Assembly (NCBI GenBank): GCA_040218735.1
Contig: JAVJQW010000061.1
Location: 256,001-320,000 of the forward strand
Direction: 5' to 3'
DNA: 64,000 nt
DNA from: Deltaproteobacteria bacterium
GTDB lineage: Bacteria > Myxococcota > Kuafuiibacteriia > Kuafuiibacteriales > Kuafuiibacteriaceae
Shown piece after piece: positions 1 to 9,950 of the stretch. The notes under the pieces are model-generated. The model was not told the DNA's origin and did not search any database. It saw nothing but the letters and a program-made list of their open reading frames with translations. Each line of letters starts with the position of its first letter. The first letter of the stretch is position 1. Position numbers and translations under genes: made by a program.

Positions 1-1961
1 TCGGACTCCAGCGGCGACTCCCCGTTCGCGGTCTCGACCGCGTCCATCGGCGCCTCTTCGAACGCCTGCGGAGGGAGCGGCGAGGCTTCGTCGCTGGGCC
101 GGTCGAGCTCGTCGACCGGGAGCAAGGGCGTCGACGCGTCGGCGGCGCCGGACGCGAGCGTCGGCCGATCCTCGATCCCCATCGACGGCGGACGCGGCGG
201 CGGAGGAGGCGTCCGCGGCGGCGCGCGCGACGGGAGCGGCGGCTCGGCGACGGGGTCGTACGTCGTCCCGAACTTCGGGAGCGGCGTTCGGGTGTCGTCG
301 ACCTCCATGTCGAGCGACGGCGCACGCGGCACCGGGCGACCGCGGCTCTCGTAGCGCATGTCGAGCGAGGGCGCGCGGGGGATCGGGCGCAGGCTCTTCG
401 TCGCGGCGCGCGCGCGAGCGGCCGGGGGCGAAGGTTCGTCCCACGGACCGCTCATGCTGTCGTCGTCACCGTGGAGGGATCGCAGGCGCTGCAGCGCCGG
501 GCCCTCCGGCATGCCGACGGTCAGCTCGTCTTCGAACTCGGCGACATCGTCCTCGAGCGCGTTCTGCAGCTCCTGCCCGAAGCGCTCCGCGAACTCCGGC
601 GGCAGGTAGCCGATCGTCGCGTCCTCTTCGGAGAGCATCGACAACAGCTCGTCGTCGGGGACGGCCATCGCGGTGCTGTCGTCCCAGCCCGACACGATGC
701 GCTCCTCGGGGACCGCCGGCGACTCGTCGAAGGCGACCTCGAACTGCGGCTCGTCGTCCTCCTGCCCCTCGATGATCTCGAAGTCGTCGGGCACCGGTGC
801 CGCTTCGGAGAACGAACGGTCCGTGCGCGCCGGGACGGACAGCTCGATCTCCTCCTCACCGGGCGATGCGGGCGTGGTGTCGTTGAAGAGGCCGAGCGGA
901 TCGGGGTCCGTCACGCCGCCCGGGATGACCGGGAGGTGTTTGGGGTTGAGGACGGAGCCGCCGAGGGTCTTCGCGAGGTGCGGGAGGTCCGGCTTGCCGG
1001 CCATCGCGGCGCGCAGCGCAAACGCGCGCTCGACGATCTCGTCGCCGTAGATCGCGGCGAACTCGCGCGAGATGATCTGCGAGTCGATGTCGACGCCGGC
1101 GCGGCGGATCAGATCCTCGATCTCGTTCTTCATCTCCAGCGCGGAGGAGTAACGGCGCCGCGGCGAGCGCTGCAGCGCCTTCATGACGATCGGATCGACG
1201 ATCGGCGTGAGGCCGGGGACGACCTTGCTCGGCGGCTCGATCTTCTGCTCGCGGATCGCGGTCAGGACCTCCATCGGCGTGGAGCCGCGGAAGAGGTCGC
1301 GCCCGGTGAGCGCCTCCCACAGGACGATGCCGGTGCCGAAGATGTCGCTGCGGCGGTCGACCTTCTTGCCGAGCGCTTGCTCGGGCGACATGTACGAGAA
1401 CTTGCCTTTGACGATGCCGGCCTGGGTCTCCCAGCCGCGGTTCGTCGCCTTGGCGATGCCGAAGTCGGTGAGCTTCGGGACGCCGTTGAAGCCGATGAGG
1501 ATGTTCTGCGGGGTGACGTCGCGGTGGACGAGGCCCATCGGCTTGCCGGTCTCGTCGTCGAGGAGCTCGTGGGCGTAGTGCAGCGCGTCGCAGACCGTCG
1601 CGGTGATGCGGAGGAGGACGCCGACCGTCAGTGGTTTCTTCGCGCGCGCCGAGGCGCGGAGGACCTGCGCGAGGCTGGCCCCGAACACGTACTCCATCGC
1701 GAGGCAGTGGATGCCGTCCACGGCGCCGAAGCCGGCGATGGCGACGACGTTGTTGTGCTGCAGCTTCCCGGCGATCCGCGCCTCGGTGAAGAACATGTTG
1801 AGGAAGTCCTCGTTCGACGCGAGCGACGGCAGGAGGATCTTCAGGGCGAGGAGGCGCCCGGGCGGCGGGGCATCGAGGTCGCGAACCAAGAAGACGTTCG
1901 CGGCCCCGCCTGATGCCAGCCGGATCAAAAGCTCATGTTTTCCGAGCCGGATCGTGGACAA
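1..1961 (-). CDS. Ser/Thr protein kinase (myxobacterial Pkn type), C-terminus runs off the window
   Basis: Manual translation of the minus strand from TTG at 1961 gives LASGGAANVF, LALKIL, FFTEARIA, VHRDVTPQNI, TDFGIAK and GKFSYMSPEQ, followed by a Pro/Asp/Glu-rich tail. Not in the ORF track because it has no stop within the window. Confidence 0.92.
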   Translation of the reverse strand, partial: MSTIRLGKHELLIRLASGGAANVFLVRDLDAPPPGRLLALKILLPSLASNEDFLNMFFTEARIAGKLQHNNVVAIAGFGAVDGIHCLAMEYVFGASLAQVLRASARAKKPLTVGVLLRITATVCDALHYAHELLDDETGKPMGLVHRDVTPQNILIGFNGVPKLTDFGIAKATNRGWETQAGIVKGKFSYMSPEQALGKKVDRRSDIFGTGIVLWEALTGRDLFRGSTPMEVLTAIREQKIEPPSKVVPGLTPIVDPIVMKALQRSPRRRYSSALEMKNEIEDLIRRAGVDIDSQIISREFAAIYGDEIVERAFALRAAMAGKPDLPHLAKTLGGSVLNPKHLPVIPGGVTDPDPLGLFNDTTPASPGEEEIELSVPARTDRSFSEAAPVPDDFEIIEGQEDDEPQFEVAFDESPAVPEERIVSGWDDSTAMAVPDDELLSMLSEEDATIGYLPPEFAERFGQELQNALEDDVAEFEDELTVGMPEGPALQRLRSLHGDDDSMSGPWDEPSPPAARARAATKSLRPIPRAPSLDMRYESRGRPVPRAPSLDMEVDDTRTPLPKFGTTYDPVAEPPLPSRAPPRTPPPPPRPPSMGIEDRPTLASGAADASTPLLPVDELDRPSDEASPLPPQAFEEAPMDAVETANGESPLES

Positions 1962-2164
1962 AGCTGAGGCTGGACCTTAACGCCGATCGACGCGCCGCGG
2001 AAGTTTACGACGGCGGACCGTCGCCGCGCCGGACACAAACGATATCGACGGGTTGCGCGGAGGGCGGGTTTGGCGAGGGGATCGGGACGGACGTCGCGGA
2101 GCCCGCGCCGTCGCGGGGTCCGAGGCGCTGGGACGTCATGCTACATTCGCGGGCGCACCTTTCG

Positions 2165-2896
2165 ATGGCGTACGCGATCCCCGGATTCGTGCTCGCGGTG
2201 GCGGTCGTGATGATCGTCGTGGAGCTGATCGTGCCGGGCCGGTCGTTCCCGAAGGTGGCAAGCTGGTGGACCCGCGCGCTGGCCCTCAACGCGGTGCAGG
2301 CCGGGTCGGTGTTCCTCGCGGCGCTGACGTACGACGCGTGGTTCTCCGAGCTGCGCCCGTGGAGCGCGGAGGCGCTCGGCGTCACGGGGGGCGCGGTGCT
2401 CGGCTACGTGGTGCACACGTTCGTCTACTACTGGTGGCACCGGTGGCGGCACGAGGTCGACTTCCTGTGGCGGTGGGTCCACCAGGTGCACCACAGCCCG
2501 GCGCGCATCGAGATCATCACGAGCTTCTACAAACACCCGATCGAGATCTTGGTGAACGGGGTGCTGTCGAGCGTGGTGCTCTACGTCGTCGTCGGCCTGA
2601 CGCCGCAGCAGGCGGCGTACACGATGTTGCTCAACGGGCTCGCCGAGCTGCTCTACCACTGGAACGTGAAGACGCCGCACTGGCTGGGCTACGTGATCCA
2701 GCGACCGGAGAGCCACTGCGTGCATCACCAAGAGGGGCTGCACAAGTACAACTACGCGGACCTGCCGATCTTCGACATGATGTTCGGGACGTTCCGCAAC
2801 CCGAAGCAGTGGGACGCGCGCTGCGGGTTCGCTGACGACAAAGAGCTCGAGCTGGGCGCGATGCTCGCGGGCCGCGACGTCGTGGGCGACACGTGA
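2165..2896 (+). CDS. Sterol desaturase / fatty acid hydroxylase family protein
   Basis: His boxes HRWRH, HQVHHS, HWN and HCVHH plus TM segments; ATG at 2165 chosen within ORF 1913..2896. Confidence 0.88.
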   Translation: MAYAIPGFVLAVAVVMIVVELIVPGRSFPKVASWWTRALALNAVQAGSVFLAALTYDAWFSELRPWSAEALGVTGGAVLGYVVHTFVYYWWHRWRHEVDFLWRWVHQVHHSPARIEIITSFYKHPIEILVNGVLSSVVLYVVVGLTPQQAAYTMLLNGLAELLYHWNVKTPHWLGYVIQRPESHCVHHQEGLHKYNYADLPIFDMMFGTFRNPKQWDARCGFADDKELELGAMLAGRDVVGDT

Positions 2897-3381
2897 GCCG
2901 CGCCGCGGCGTGGGCCCTCGCGGTGTTCGGCACCGTGCACATGGTCGGGCACCTCGTCGACAGCACGCCGATCAAGGGGCTCGCCGCCGCGACCGCGGCG
3001 TCGCCGGCACCGAAGGTGTTCTCGTCGGTGCAGGGGTTGGAAACTTACTCCACTGCGTTCGTCCTCGAGTGGTCCGACCCGGTGGGGAAGCGACGGAGCC
3101 TGCCGATCACGCGCGCTATCTACGCGCGCGTCGAAGGGCCCTACAACCGGCGCAACGTGTACGGCGCGGTGCTGGCGTTCGGGCCGGTGTTGGTGACGAG
3201 CGATGCGGCGCGACCGATGTACGAGTCGGTGCTGCGCTACGCGGCGTGCGGTGAGCGGCCGTTGCTCGCGGAGCTGGGGTTGGACGTGGACGCCGTGCGG
3301 GATCCGGTGGTGATTCGCGTCGTGCCGCCCGAGGGGGTCGAGCTGAGTTTGCCCCTGGCGCTGGAGGCGCCGTGTCGATGA
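2893..3381 (+). CDS. Hypothetical protein, partner of the HTTM-domain protein
   Basis: GTGA and ATGA overlaps with both neighbours; N-terminal hydrophobic segment; motifs PAPKVFS..GLETYS and GPYNRRNVYGA. Confidence 0.75.
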   Translation: MSRAAAWALAVFGTVHMVGHLVDSTPIKGLAAATAASPAPKVFSSVQGLETYSTAFVLEWSDPVGKRRSLPITRAIYARVEGPYNRRNVYGAVLAFGPVLVTSDAARPMYESVLRYAACGERPLLAELGLDVDAVRDPVVIRVVPPEGVELSLPLALEAPCR

Positions 3382-4619
3382 AGCCGGCGATCACGGGCGG
3401 GCAGTACAGCTTCGTGCGCGGGTGTTTCGGCGCGTACTTGTTCATTCACCTCGTGATGCTCGCGCCGTACGCGCCCGAGCTGTTCTCGAGCGCCGGTGTG
3501 ATCGGTTCGGGGCGGGACTCGCCTTTCCTGCTGCTCTTTCCGAACGTCTTCGCGCTGTACGACGCACCGTGGTTCACGGTGGTGTTCGTGCTGTTCGGTG
3601 CGGCGTGCGCGGTGCCTTTCGGGCTCGGGTATCGGGACCGTTGGTTCGGGTTGGTGATCTATTACGTGTGGGCGTGTCTGTTCGGACGGAACCCATTCAT
3701 CAGCAACCCCGGGATCCCGTACGTGGGTTGGTTGTTGATCATGCAGGCGTTCGTTCCGCGTGCGCCCTACGGTTCGTGGGAGGCGCGGGGGCGGCCAGAC
3801 CCGCGCGGGGACTGGGTGTTTCCGACGGCGTTGTTCATCGCGACGTGGTGGGTCATGGCCGCGGGTTACAGCTTCAGTGGGTACACGAAGTTGATTTCGC
3901 CGTCGTGGATCGACGGGACCGCGGTCTCGTACGTCTTGTCGAACCCACTCGCGCGACCGTGGGTGCTCCCGGATCTGGTGTTGATGCTCCCGAACGTCGT
4001 GCTCCGTGGGATGACTTGGTTCGTCCTGGGTTTGGAGTTGCTCTACTTACCGCTCGCGTTGTTCCGTCGGGTGCGTCCGTGGATCTGGGTTGCGATGGTT
4101 GGGATGCACCTGGGTTTGATCCTGATGATCGACTTCGCGGATCTGACCTTCGGGATGTTGATGTTGCATCTGTTCACCTTCGATCCTGCGTGGGTTCCGG
4201 GGGTGGCGCCGGGTCGAACGGACACGGTGTTCTACGACGGGCACTGCGGACTCTGTCATCGTTCGGTGCGGTTCATCCTGGCGGAGGATCGGTCGGGGGC
4301 AGCATTCGAGTTCGCGATCAACGGCGGGCCCGTCTTCTTGGAGCGCCTGGACGATGCGACGCGGCGTTGGGTTCCGGACAGCGTGGTGGTGCTGACGGGC
4401 GACGGTCGGGTGTTGGTGCGCTCGGCGGCGTTCCTGGAGATCCTCGGCCGGCTCGGAGGGTGGTGGCGCGTGGTGGGTTGGCTGCTTCGACCGATCCCGC
4501 GCGTGGTCATGGACACCGCGTACGACGTGGTCGCCCGCGTCCGCCATCGCATCTTCGCGACGCCCGCGGACGTGTGCCCGATCGTCCCGCCCGAGCTAGG
4601 CCGCCGGTTCCTAGACTGA
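3378..4619 (+). CDS. HTTM-like membrane protein fused to a DCC1-like thiol-disulfide oxidoreductase domain
   Basis: Multi-TM region with RNPFISN, YSFSGYTKL..SWIDGTA and MHLGL; C-terminal YDGHCGLCH (DxxCxxC), DSVVV and YDVVARVRHRIF. Confidence 0.82.
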   Translation: MKPAITGGQYSFVRGCFGAYLFIHLVMLAPYAPELFSSAGVIGSGRDSPFLLLFPNVFALYDAPWFTVVFVLFGAACAVPFGLGYRDRWFGLVIYYVWACLFGRNPFISNPGIPYVGWLLIMQAFVPRAPYGSWEARGRPDPRGDWVFPTALFIATWWVMAAGYSFSGYTKLISPSWIDGTAVSYVLSNPLARPWVLPDLVLMLPNVVLRGMTWFVLGLELLYLPLALFRRVRPWIWVAMVGMHLGLILMIDFADLTFGMLMLHLFTFDPAWVPGVAPGRTDTVFYDGHCGLCHRSVRFILAEDRSGAAFEFAINGGPVFLERLDDATRRWVPDSVVVLTGDGRVLVRSAAFLEILGRLGGWWRVVGWLLRPIPRVVMDTAYDVVARVRHRIFATPADVCPIVPPELGRRFLD

Positions 4620-4696
4620 GGCCCGGCGCGGAGCGGCGGGTCCGAAGACTGTGCCGAGCGCTCCCGCGGAGCGGGAGTGCGTTAGCGGCCTGGCGG

Positions 4697-5700
4697 TCGG
4701 ATAGCCGGGCGGGGAGTGCCCAGGTCCGGCTTCGCTTTTGGCGGCGGCCGGGGACGCTCTTCCGGTCAGAAGCCGTTCGTCTCGCCGGGTGTGGCCCCTC
4801 GGCTTCGCTGATTACCGCGGTGGGCGAGCCGAACTGATTCCCTCCAGAGCGTCCCCGTCCGCCGCCAGCGCTCCGCGTGTCGAGTTGCCATCGATTGGCC
4901 ATCCGATGAGGTGGGTGACCCGTGGAGCTTCGTTCCAGCGTTCGTAGTCGTTCGACACGTTGCCCAGGTGATCGCTCCGCTACGTCGGCGGGCACGCCGA
5001 CCTCGGTTCGGCGAGGTGGGCCATCGATCGACACGGAGACCCATCGCCATCGATCGGCAAGGCGCGTTGCAAACGGCGGAGCGGCTCGGCTTTCGGAATC
5101 GGCGCGCCCGCCGCCTGCGCTCCGCTATTCGCGTTGCCTGATCCCAGCGCGTCCTCGATCGCAATCTCGTGCTAGCACGAAGTCGTACAGGTATCGGCTA
5201 CTGCGGTTTGTGGGACTTCACATCAGCACGAGATCGCGCCGACGCACGCGCTGGGTTGGGCGACGCGCGTAGCGGAGCGCAGACATCGGGCGCGGCGATT
5301 CCGACAGCCGGACCGTACCGCCGAGGCACCCGGGTACTGCCGAGCTCCGCAACGCGATCCCCGCGCCGGACGGTCGCAAAGCAAGCCGAACCGAGGTCGC
5401 CGCGCCCGATGTCGGAGCGGAGCGATCCCCTGGGCAACGCGTCGAACGAGCACAAACGGTGGAACGAAGCGCCCCGGGTCACCCATCTCATCGGATGGCC
5501 GATCGATGGCAACGCGACACGCGGAGCGATGGCGGCGGGCGGGGACGCTCTGGAGGGAATCAGTTCGGCTCGCCCGCCTCGGCCGTCAGCGAAGCCGAGG
5601 GGCCCCACCCGGCGAGACGAACGGCTTCTGACCGGAAGAGCGTCCCCGGCCGACGCCAAAAGCGAAGCCGGACCTGGGCACTCCCCCAGCGGCTATCCGA
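4697..5700. repeat. Long imperfect inverted repeat (two ~480-bp arms, ~50-bp spacer), REPIN/MITE-like
   Basis: 4697-5173 aligns to the reverse complement of 5225-5700 (tcggatagccg..ggggagtgcccaggtccggcttcgcttttggcg...); lies between convergent genes. Confidence 0.9.
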
Positions 5701-5710
5701 AACACCGCAA

Positions 5711-6931
5711 CTAGTTGGAGCAGGTCGTCACGCCGGTCGTGGCGGCGAGGAACTCCAGGCCGAGGGCGATCTCGTGGAGGCTCAGGGAGCTGCGGACGTT
5801 GAGCTCGTAGTCGAGGTCGAGGTCGAGGGTGCCGCAGGTCGGGACGTTGAAGGCGTGGTTGATCTTCGTCGAGTACGGCGAGTTGCCGTGCTGGGCGACC
5901 GTGCCGTCGTAGTGCTCCGTCTCGATGTTCGCGAGGCGGATGCGGATCTTCGAGTAGTTGCCTGTCGGGGCGCCGGCGTCGGTGAGCGGGGCGTCGGGGA
6001 GCGCGCCGCCGTTGGTGAGCATGAAGGGGAAGTGCTCGAACGTCTGAGACGCGAGCGTGTGCCACGTGTTGCCCTTCTTGCCCTCGACCTCGACGTCGAA
6101 GCGCACCCAGCGCACGTCGTCGAAGCTGTCCTGGATCTCGACCTGGTAGCTGCGCGGCGTGCCGGCGCAGATGCCGGTGCCGTCGAGGGCGCCGCTGCCG
6201 TGGAGGTCGACCTGAAGGGAGCGGACGCCGCAGGTACCGAGTGGAATATACTCAGAGGAGTTGTTGCCGAAGTTGCTCGACGTGGCCTCGGCGAGGAGCG
6301 TCTGCGCACCGTCGCGCATGTAGATGTTCGCCGGCGCCTCGCCGACCTCGTTGTCGATGACCTTCGTGCCGATGACACACATGTCCTCGTCGAAGTCGAA
6401 CTTGAAGGAGCCGCCGCTCGCGTTGTCGTCGGGATCGTCAACGAGGCCGTCGCCGTTGGCGTCGATGGTGTTCTCGGCGACGATGAGGAGCCCGTAGAGC
6501 GAGTTGCTGTTCGTCCAGCCGCCGTTGCCGACGCCCGGGCCGCCGAAGATCTGGCTCGGCGTTCCGAGGTCGTCGTCGCCGCCCGTCGGGTTGGCCGAGT
6601 CGAAGACGATCCCCAGCGCGGGCGTACCGCCGTTGACGTACGTCGATATCTGAACGCCCCAGCTCGCGTACGCGTCGGTGATCGGCTCGCCGGCCTGAAG
6701 CGAAACGTTGTCGCCGTCGAGGTCGAAGTTCATCCAACCGCAGCGCCACGTGTTCATCTGCCCGTTCGTCATCGTCGCGTTGACGCCGGTGCTGACCACG
6801 CCGGGGAGCGTCGTGATGGCATCGCTCTGCACCGACTCACCCGCGAGCGGACCGCACGCGAGGACGCAAGGCGCCACCACGATCCCCATCGTCCAGTTCT
6901 TCAGCTTTTCGAGCGATATTCGACGCGCCAT
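5711..6931 (-). CDS. Putative secreted protein or lipoprotein with acidic Ca-binding-like motif and possible DUF4382-like C-terminal domain
   Basis: VLACG lipobox-like segment; FDSANPTGGDDDLGTP and DANGDGLVDDPDDN; C-terminal GNYSKIRIRL. Confidence 0.6.
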   Translation of the reverse strand: MARRISLEKLKNWTMGIVVAPCVLACGPLAGESVQSDAITTLPGVVSTGVNATMTNGQMNTWRCGWMNFDLDGDNVSLQAGEPITDAYASWGVQISTYVNGGTPALGIVFDSANPTGGDDDLGTPSQIFGGPGVGNGGWTNSNSLYGLLIVAENTIDANGDGLVDDPDDNASGGSFKFDFDEDMCVIGTKVIDNEVGEAPANIYMRDGAQTLLAEATSSNFGNNSSEYIPLGTCGVRSLQVDLHGSGALDGTGICAGTPRSYQVEIQDSFDDVRWVRFDVEVEGKKGNTWHTLASQTFEHFPFMLTNGGALPDAPLTDAGAPTGNYSKIRIRLANIETEHYDGTVAQHGNSPYSTKINHAFNVPTCGTLDLDLDYELNVRSSLSLHEIALGLEFLAATTGVTTCSN

Positions 6932-7124
6932 CGAGTCACACTATTCCGGATCGGAACACTCGAACGCAAGTGCCTGATTTGACTTAATTTTTGGCTACAA
7001 CGTAGCCGCTGGTAGCCGTTGCGGTGGGGGCAGGCGACACCAGTCCCAGCCACGTATACCCCTGGCTATCACTCTATCGGAGGGGTTGAACCCAGGGTCG
7101 CCATGGGCCAAAGGACTCGGACCC

Positions 7125-8162
7125 ATGACGAAGGGTACGAAACGGGTGCTGACCGGCGTGAAGCCAACCGGCGTTCCCCACATCGGCAACCTCCTCGGCG
7201 CTATCGGGCCCGCCCTCGAGCTCGCGCGCACGAAGGACTGCTTCCTGTTCATCGCCGACCTCCACGCGCTGACGATTCGGCCCGAGCCGGCTCGCGTGCA
7301 GGAGGAGAGCTACTGCGTCGCCGCCACGTACCTCTCCTTCGGGCTCGATCCCGAACGCACCGTGTTCTACCGGCAGAGCGACGTCCCCGAGATCACGCAG
7401 CTCGCGTGGTGCCTGTCGTGTGTGCTGCCGAAGGGGATGCTCAACCGCGCCCACTCCTACAAGGACGCGCTGAGCAACAAGGGCCAGTCGGACGAGGACA
7501 TCAACCACGGCGTGTTCGCCTACCCGGTGCTGATGGCCGCGGACATCCTGGCCTTCGACGCCGACGAGGTCCCGGTCGGCAAGGACCAAAAGCAGCACCT
7601 CGAGATCGCGCAGGAAGCCGCCCGCAAGATGAACCACCTGTACGGCGGTGACGTGCTTCGCGTGCCGGACGCGCTGATCGACGAGGCCGTGATGACGATC
7701 CCCGGCACCGACGGCCGGAAGATGTCGAAGAGCTACGACAACACGATCAAGATCTTCGTCACCGACAAACAGCTCAAGAAGGCCGTCATGGGCGTGACGA
7801 CCGACTCGACCGAGTACGGCCAGCCGCTGCCCACGAAGAACGACACCGTCCTGTCGATCTACAAACACGTCGCGAGCGCCGAAGACTACGCGCGCCTATT
7901 GGCGCAGTACGCCTCAGGGCGCCGCGATCCGAACGGCCCCGACACCGAGGACAACTACTTCGGCTGGGGCAACGCCAAGGGCGCGCTCGTCGAGGCGCTC
8001 AAGGCCAAGTACGCGAAGGAACGCGAAGCCTATAACCAGCTCATGGCCGACCGCGGCCACCTCGACGAGCTGCTCGCCGCCGGCGCCGTCCGCGCGCGGG
8101 ACGTCGCGGCGCCCGTCGTCGACCGCGTGTTCCGTGCGATGGGCATCCGCCCGCCCACTTGA
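7125..8162 (+). CDS. trpS: Tryptophan--tRNA ligase
   Basis: TGVKPTGVPHIGN (HIGH-like), IADLHALT, YPVLMAADIL, VPVGKDQKQHLE, KMSKS. Confidence 0.97.
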   Translation: MTKGTKRVLTGVKPTGVPHIGNLLGAIGPALELARTKDCFLFIADLHALTIRPEPARVQEESYCVAATYLSFGLDPERTVFYRQSDVPEITQLAWCLSCVLPKGMLNRAHSYKDALSNKGQSDEDINHGVFAYPVLMAADILAFDADEVPVGKDQKQHLEIAQEAARKMNHLYGGDVLRVPDALIDEAVMTIPGTDGRKMSKSYDNTIKIFVTDKQLKKAVMGVTTDSTEYGQPLPTKNDTVLSIYKHVASAEDYARLLAQYASGRRDPNGPDTEDNYFGWGNAKGALVEALKAKYAKEREAYNQLMADRGHLDELLAAGAVRARDVAAPVVDRVFRAMGIRPPT

Positions 8163-9454
8163 TGTCGCCGCCGTCGCGCTGCGAAGGTCGCGCGAGCGTG
8201 CGCGCGCTCTCGATCCTCGCCCTGTCGCTCGCGGCCTGCTCCCGCACCGTCTCCGTCTACGCGCCCACGCCGTGGGGCGACGATCGCGTCGCCGTGGTCA
8301 GCGTGGTCGACGCCGAGGATCGCCCCGTTACGCGCGAACCGTTCGTGACGACCGGCCGCCGCCTCGACGTCGAGCTGCCGCCGGAGGCCGAAGCGATACA
8401 CGTGGAGTCGTTCCCGCTGGAGCTCGAGTCCTGCGGCGCACGCTTCGAGGCGGTCGGCTCGCCCTACCCCGTCGCCGACGAAGCCTTCGTCGCGCCCGCC
8501 GACGACACGATCGTCTTCGAGCCTCGCACCACGCCGCGCCCGACCGCGATTCACTTCGCAACGCCCTGCGACGTCGAGCCGCCGGTGTGCGACGCGACCT
8601 CGGTCGTCTCGGAGTTCCTCGAGCTGCCGGGCCTCGACCTGCTGACGGTCGCGCGCATCGACGACACCACGCTGCTGTACGGAGCCACCCAGCGCACGGC
8701 CGGACGCATCCAGGTCGGCGGCCCGACGGAGCGCTTCGCGGAGGACACGGGTTCTGCGGTTCGCGACAGCCTCGCGGTGTCGCCGGATCGTTTGATCGTC
8801 GCTGCGGAGGGCGGCGCGATCAGCGAGTACGACGCCGACGGTGTCCTGCGCTGGCGCGTTCGCCTCGGCGTCGAGCACGCCCGCCTCGGCCTCGAGAGCA
8901 ACGGCGACCTCCGCATCACGAGTCGCGAAGGCCAGTTCACGATCCCCGCCGGATCGACCGTCGCGATCACGCGCGACGATCTCCCGGACCGGACCATCGA
9001 AGTCGTCGACACCGGCGGGGAGCGGTTCGCGCACCGCATCGGTACGATCGAGCGGCGCGAAGGCGACGGTTGGGTGAACGAGATCACGGACGTGTCGATC
9101 ACGGCCGACGCTCACCTCGTCCCCTACGACGGCGGCGTGGCGCTCATCGCGCCGGAGATCGTCTTCCTGCGCGACCCGGCCGGGAGCTGGTACCCGATCG
9201 GCTCTCCCTTCGAGACGCTGATCATGACGAACGGGGTCGCGTCGAACGGGATGCTGCTCATCGTGGGTGACAGCGGCGGCCTCGGAATGACCCGCCTCGA
9301 CGACATCGCGTGGTGTCGCCTCGAAGCCGGCCTCGTCAGCAACTTCTGGGACACGACGACCACCGCGGACGGCCGTACGATCTACGTCGTGGGCTCGAAC
9401 GCGGCCGGTGCCTCGCCGCCGGCGTTCTCGACGATCGTCCTACCGGAGGAATGA
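8159..9454 (+). CDS. Hypothetical lipoprotein, probably beta-propeller-like
   Basis: LALSLAAC lipobox; beta-rich repeats; tightly packed between trpS and the thioesterase; exact start uncertain. Confidence 0.6.
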   Translation: MMSPPSRCEGRASVRALSILALSLAACSRTVSVYAPTPWGDDRVAVVSVVDAEDRPVTREPFVTTGRRLDVELPPEAEAIHVESFPLELESCGARFEAVGSPYPVADEAFVAPADDTIVFEPRTTPRPTAIHFATPCDVEPPVCDATSVVSEFLELPGLDLLTVARIDDTTLLYGATQRTAGRIQVGGPTERFAEDTGSAVRDSLAVSPDRLIVAAEGGAISEYDADGVLRWRVRLGVEHARLGLESNGDLRITSREGQFTIPAGSTVAITRDDLPDRTIEVVDTGGERFAHRIGTIERREGDGWVNEITDVSITADAHLVPYDGGVALIAPEIVFLRDPAGSWYPIGSPFETLIMTNGVASNGMLLIVGDSGGLGMTRLDDIAWCRLEAGLVSNFWDTTTTADGRTIYVVGSNAAGASPPAFSTIVLPEE

Positions 9455-9936
9455 CGGACTTCGCCCCCTTGTCGCGGGGGCCGGTCGGCGTTCAGATGCG
9501 CCGCGTGGGTCACGCGATCTACGAGGTCGTCGAGCAGTTCATGCGCCTGGTGCCGTTCAACCAGGTGCTCCAGATCCGGATCGAATCGCTCGAGGACGGC
9601 TTCGTGCGGATGGCGATCCCGTTCCGCGAGGAGCTCATCGGTGATCCATTTCGACGCGCGCTCCACGGCGGGGTGATCTCCGCCCTGGTCGACACCGCGG
9701 GCGGCGCCGCGCTGATGACCCGCTGTGAAGTCGGGGATCGCCTGAGCACGGTCGACATGCGCGTCGACTACCTCCGCCCAGGGCTCCCGGAGGACGTGAT
9801 CGTGGACGCTACGGTCGTGCGGCTGGGAAACCGCGTGGGGGTCGCGGAGATGCGGGCGTATCACGCGGGACGCAAGGCCGAGCCGATCGCGTCCGGGAAG
9901 GCCGTTTACAACATCCGCCGAGCGGATTCGGGGTAA
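9451..9936 (+). CDS. PaaI family hotdog-fold thioesterase
   Basis: LHGGVISALVDTAGG and STVDMRVDYLRP; ATGA overlap with the upstream gene. Confidence 0.9.
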   Translation: MTDFAPLSRGPVGVQMRRVGHAIYEVVEQFMRLVPFNQVLQIRIESLEDGFVRMAIPFREELIGDPFRRALHGGVISALVDTAGGAALMTRCEVGDRLSTVDMRVDYLRPGLPEDVIVDATVVRLGNRVGVAEMRAYHAGRKAEPIASGKAVYNIRRADSG

Positions 9937-9950
9937 CATTCGGCCCGGTC

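Noticed and set aside
471-1913. 480-aa plus-strand ORF, and the many similar long ORFs (e.g. 10307-12883 -, 16524-18782 +, 56518-59835 +)
   Set aside because: Antisense or off-frame shadows of real genes, expected in high-GC DNA; Arg/Ala-rich with no motifs.
4620-5710. Possible CRISPR array, tRNA or known ncRNA in the long intergenic region
   Set aside because: No direct repeat-spacer periodicity, no cloverleaf and no recognisable Rfam motif; no cas genes in the window.
4738-5714. Mutually similar short ORFs within the inverted repeat, and 43015-43470
   Set aside because: Their similarity follows from the DNA repeat; frames are not conserved between copies and there are no transposase motifs.
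6932-7124. T-box or attenuator upstream of trpS
   Set aside because: No T-box consensus or terminator/antiterminator pair is visible.
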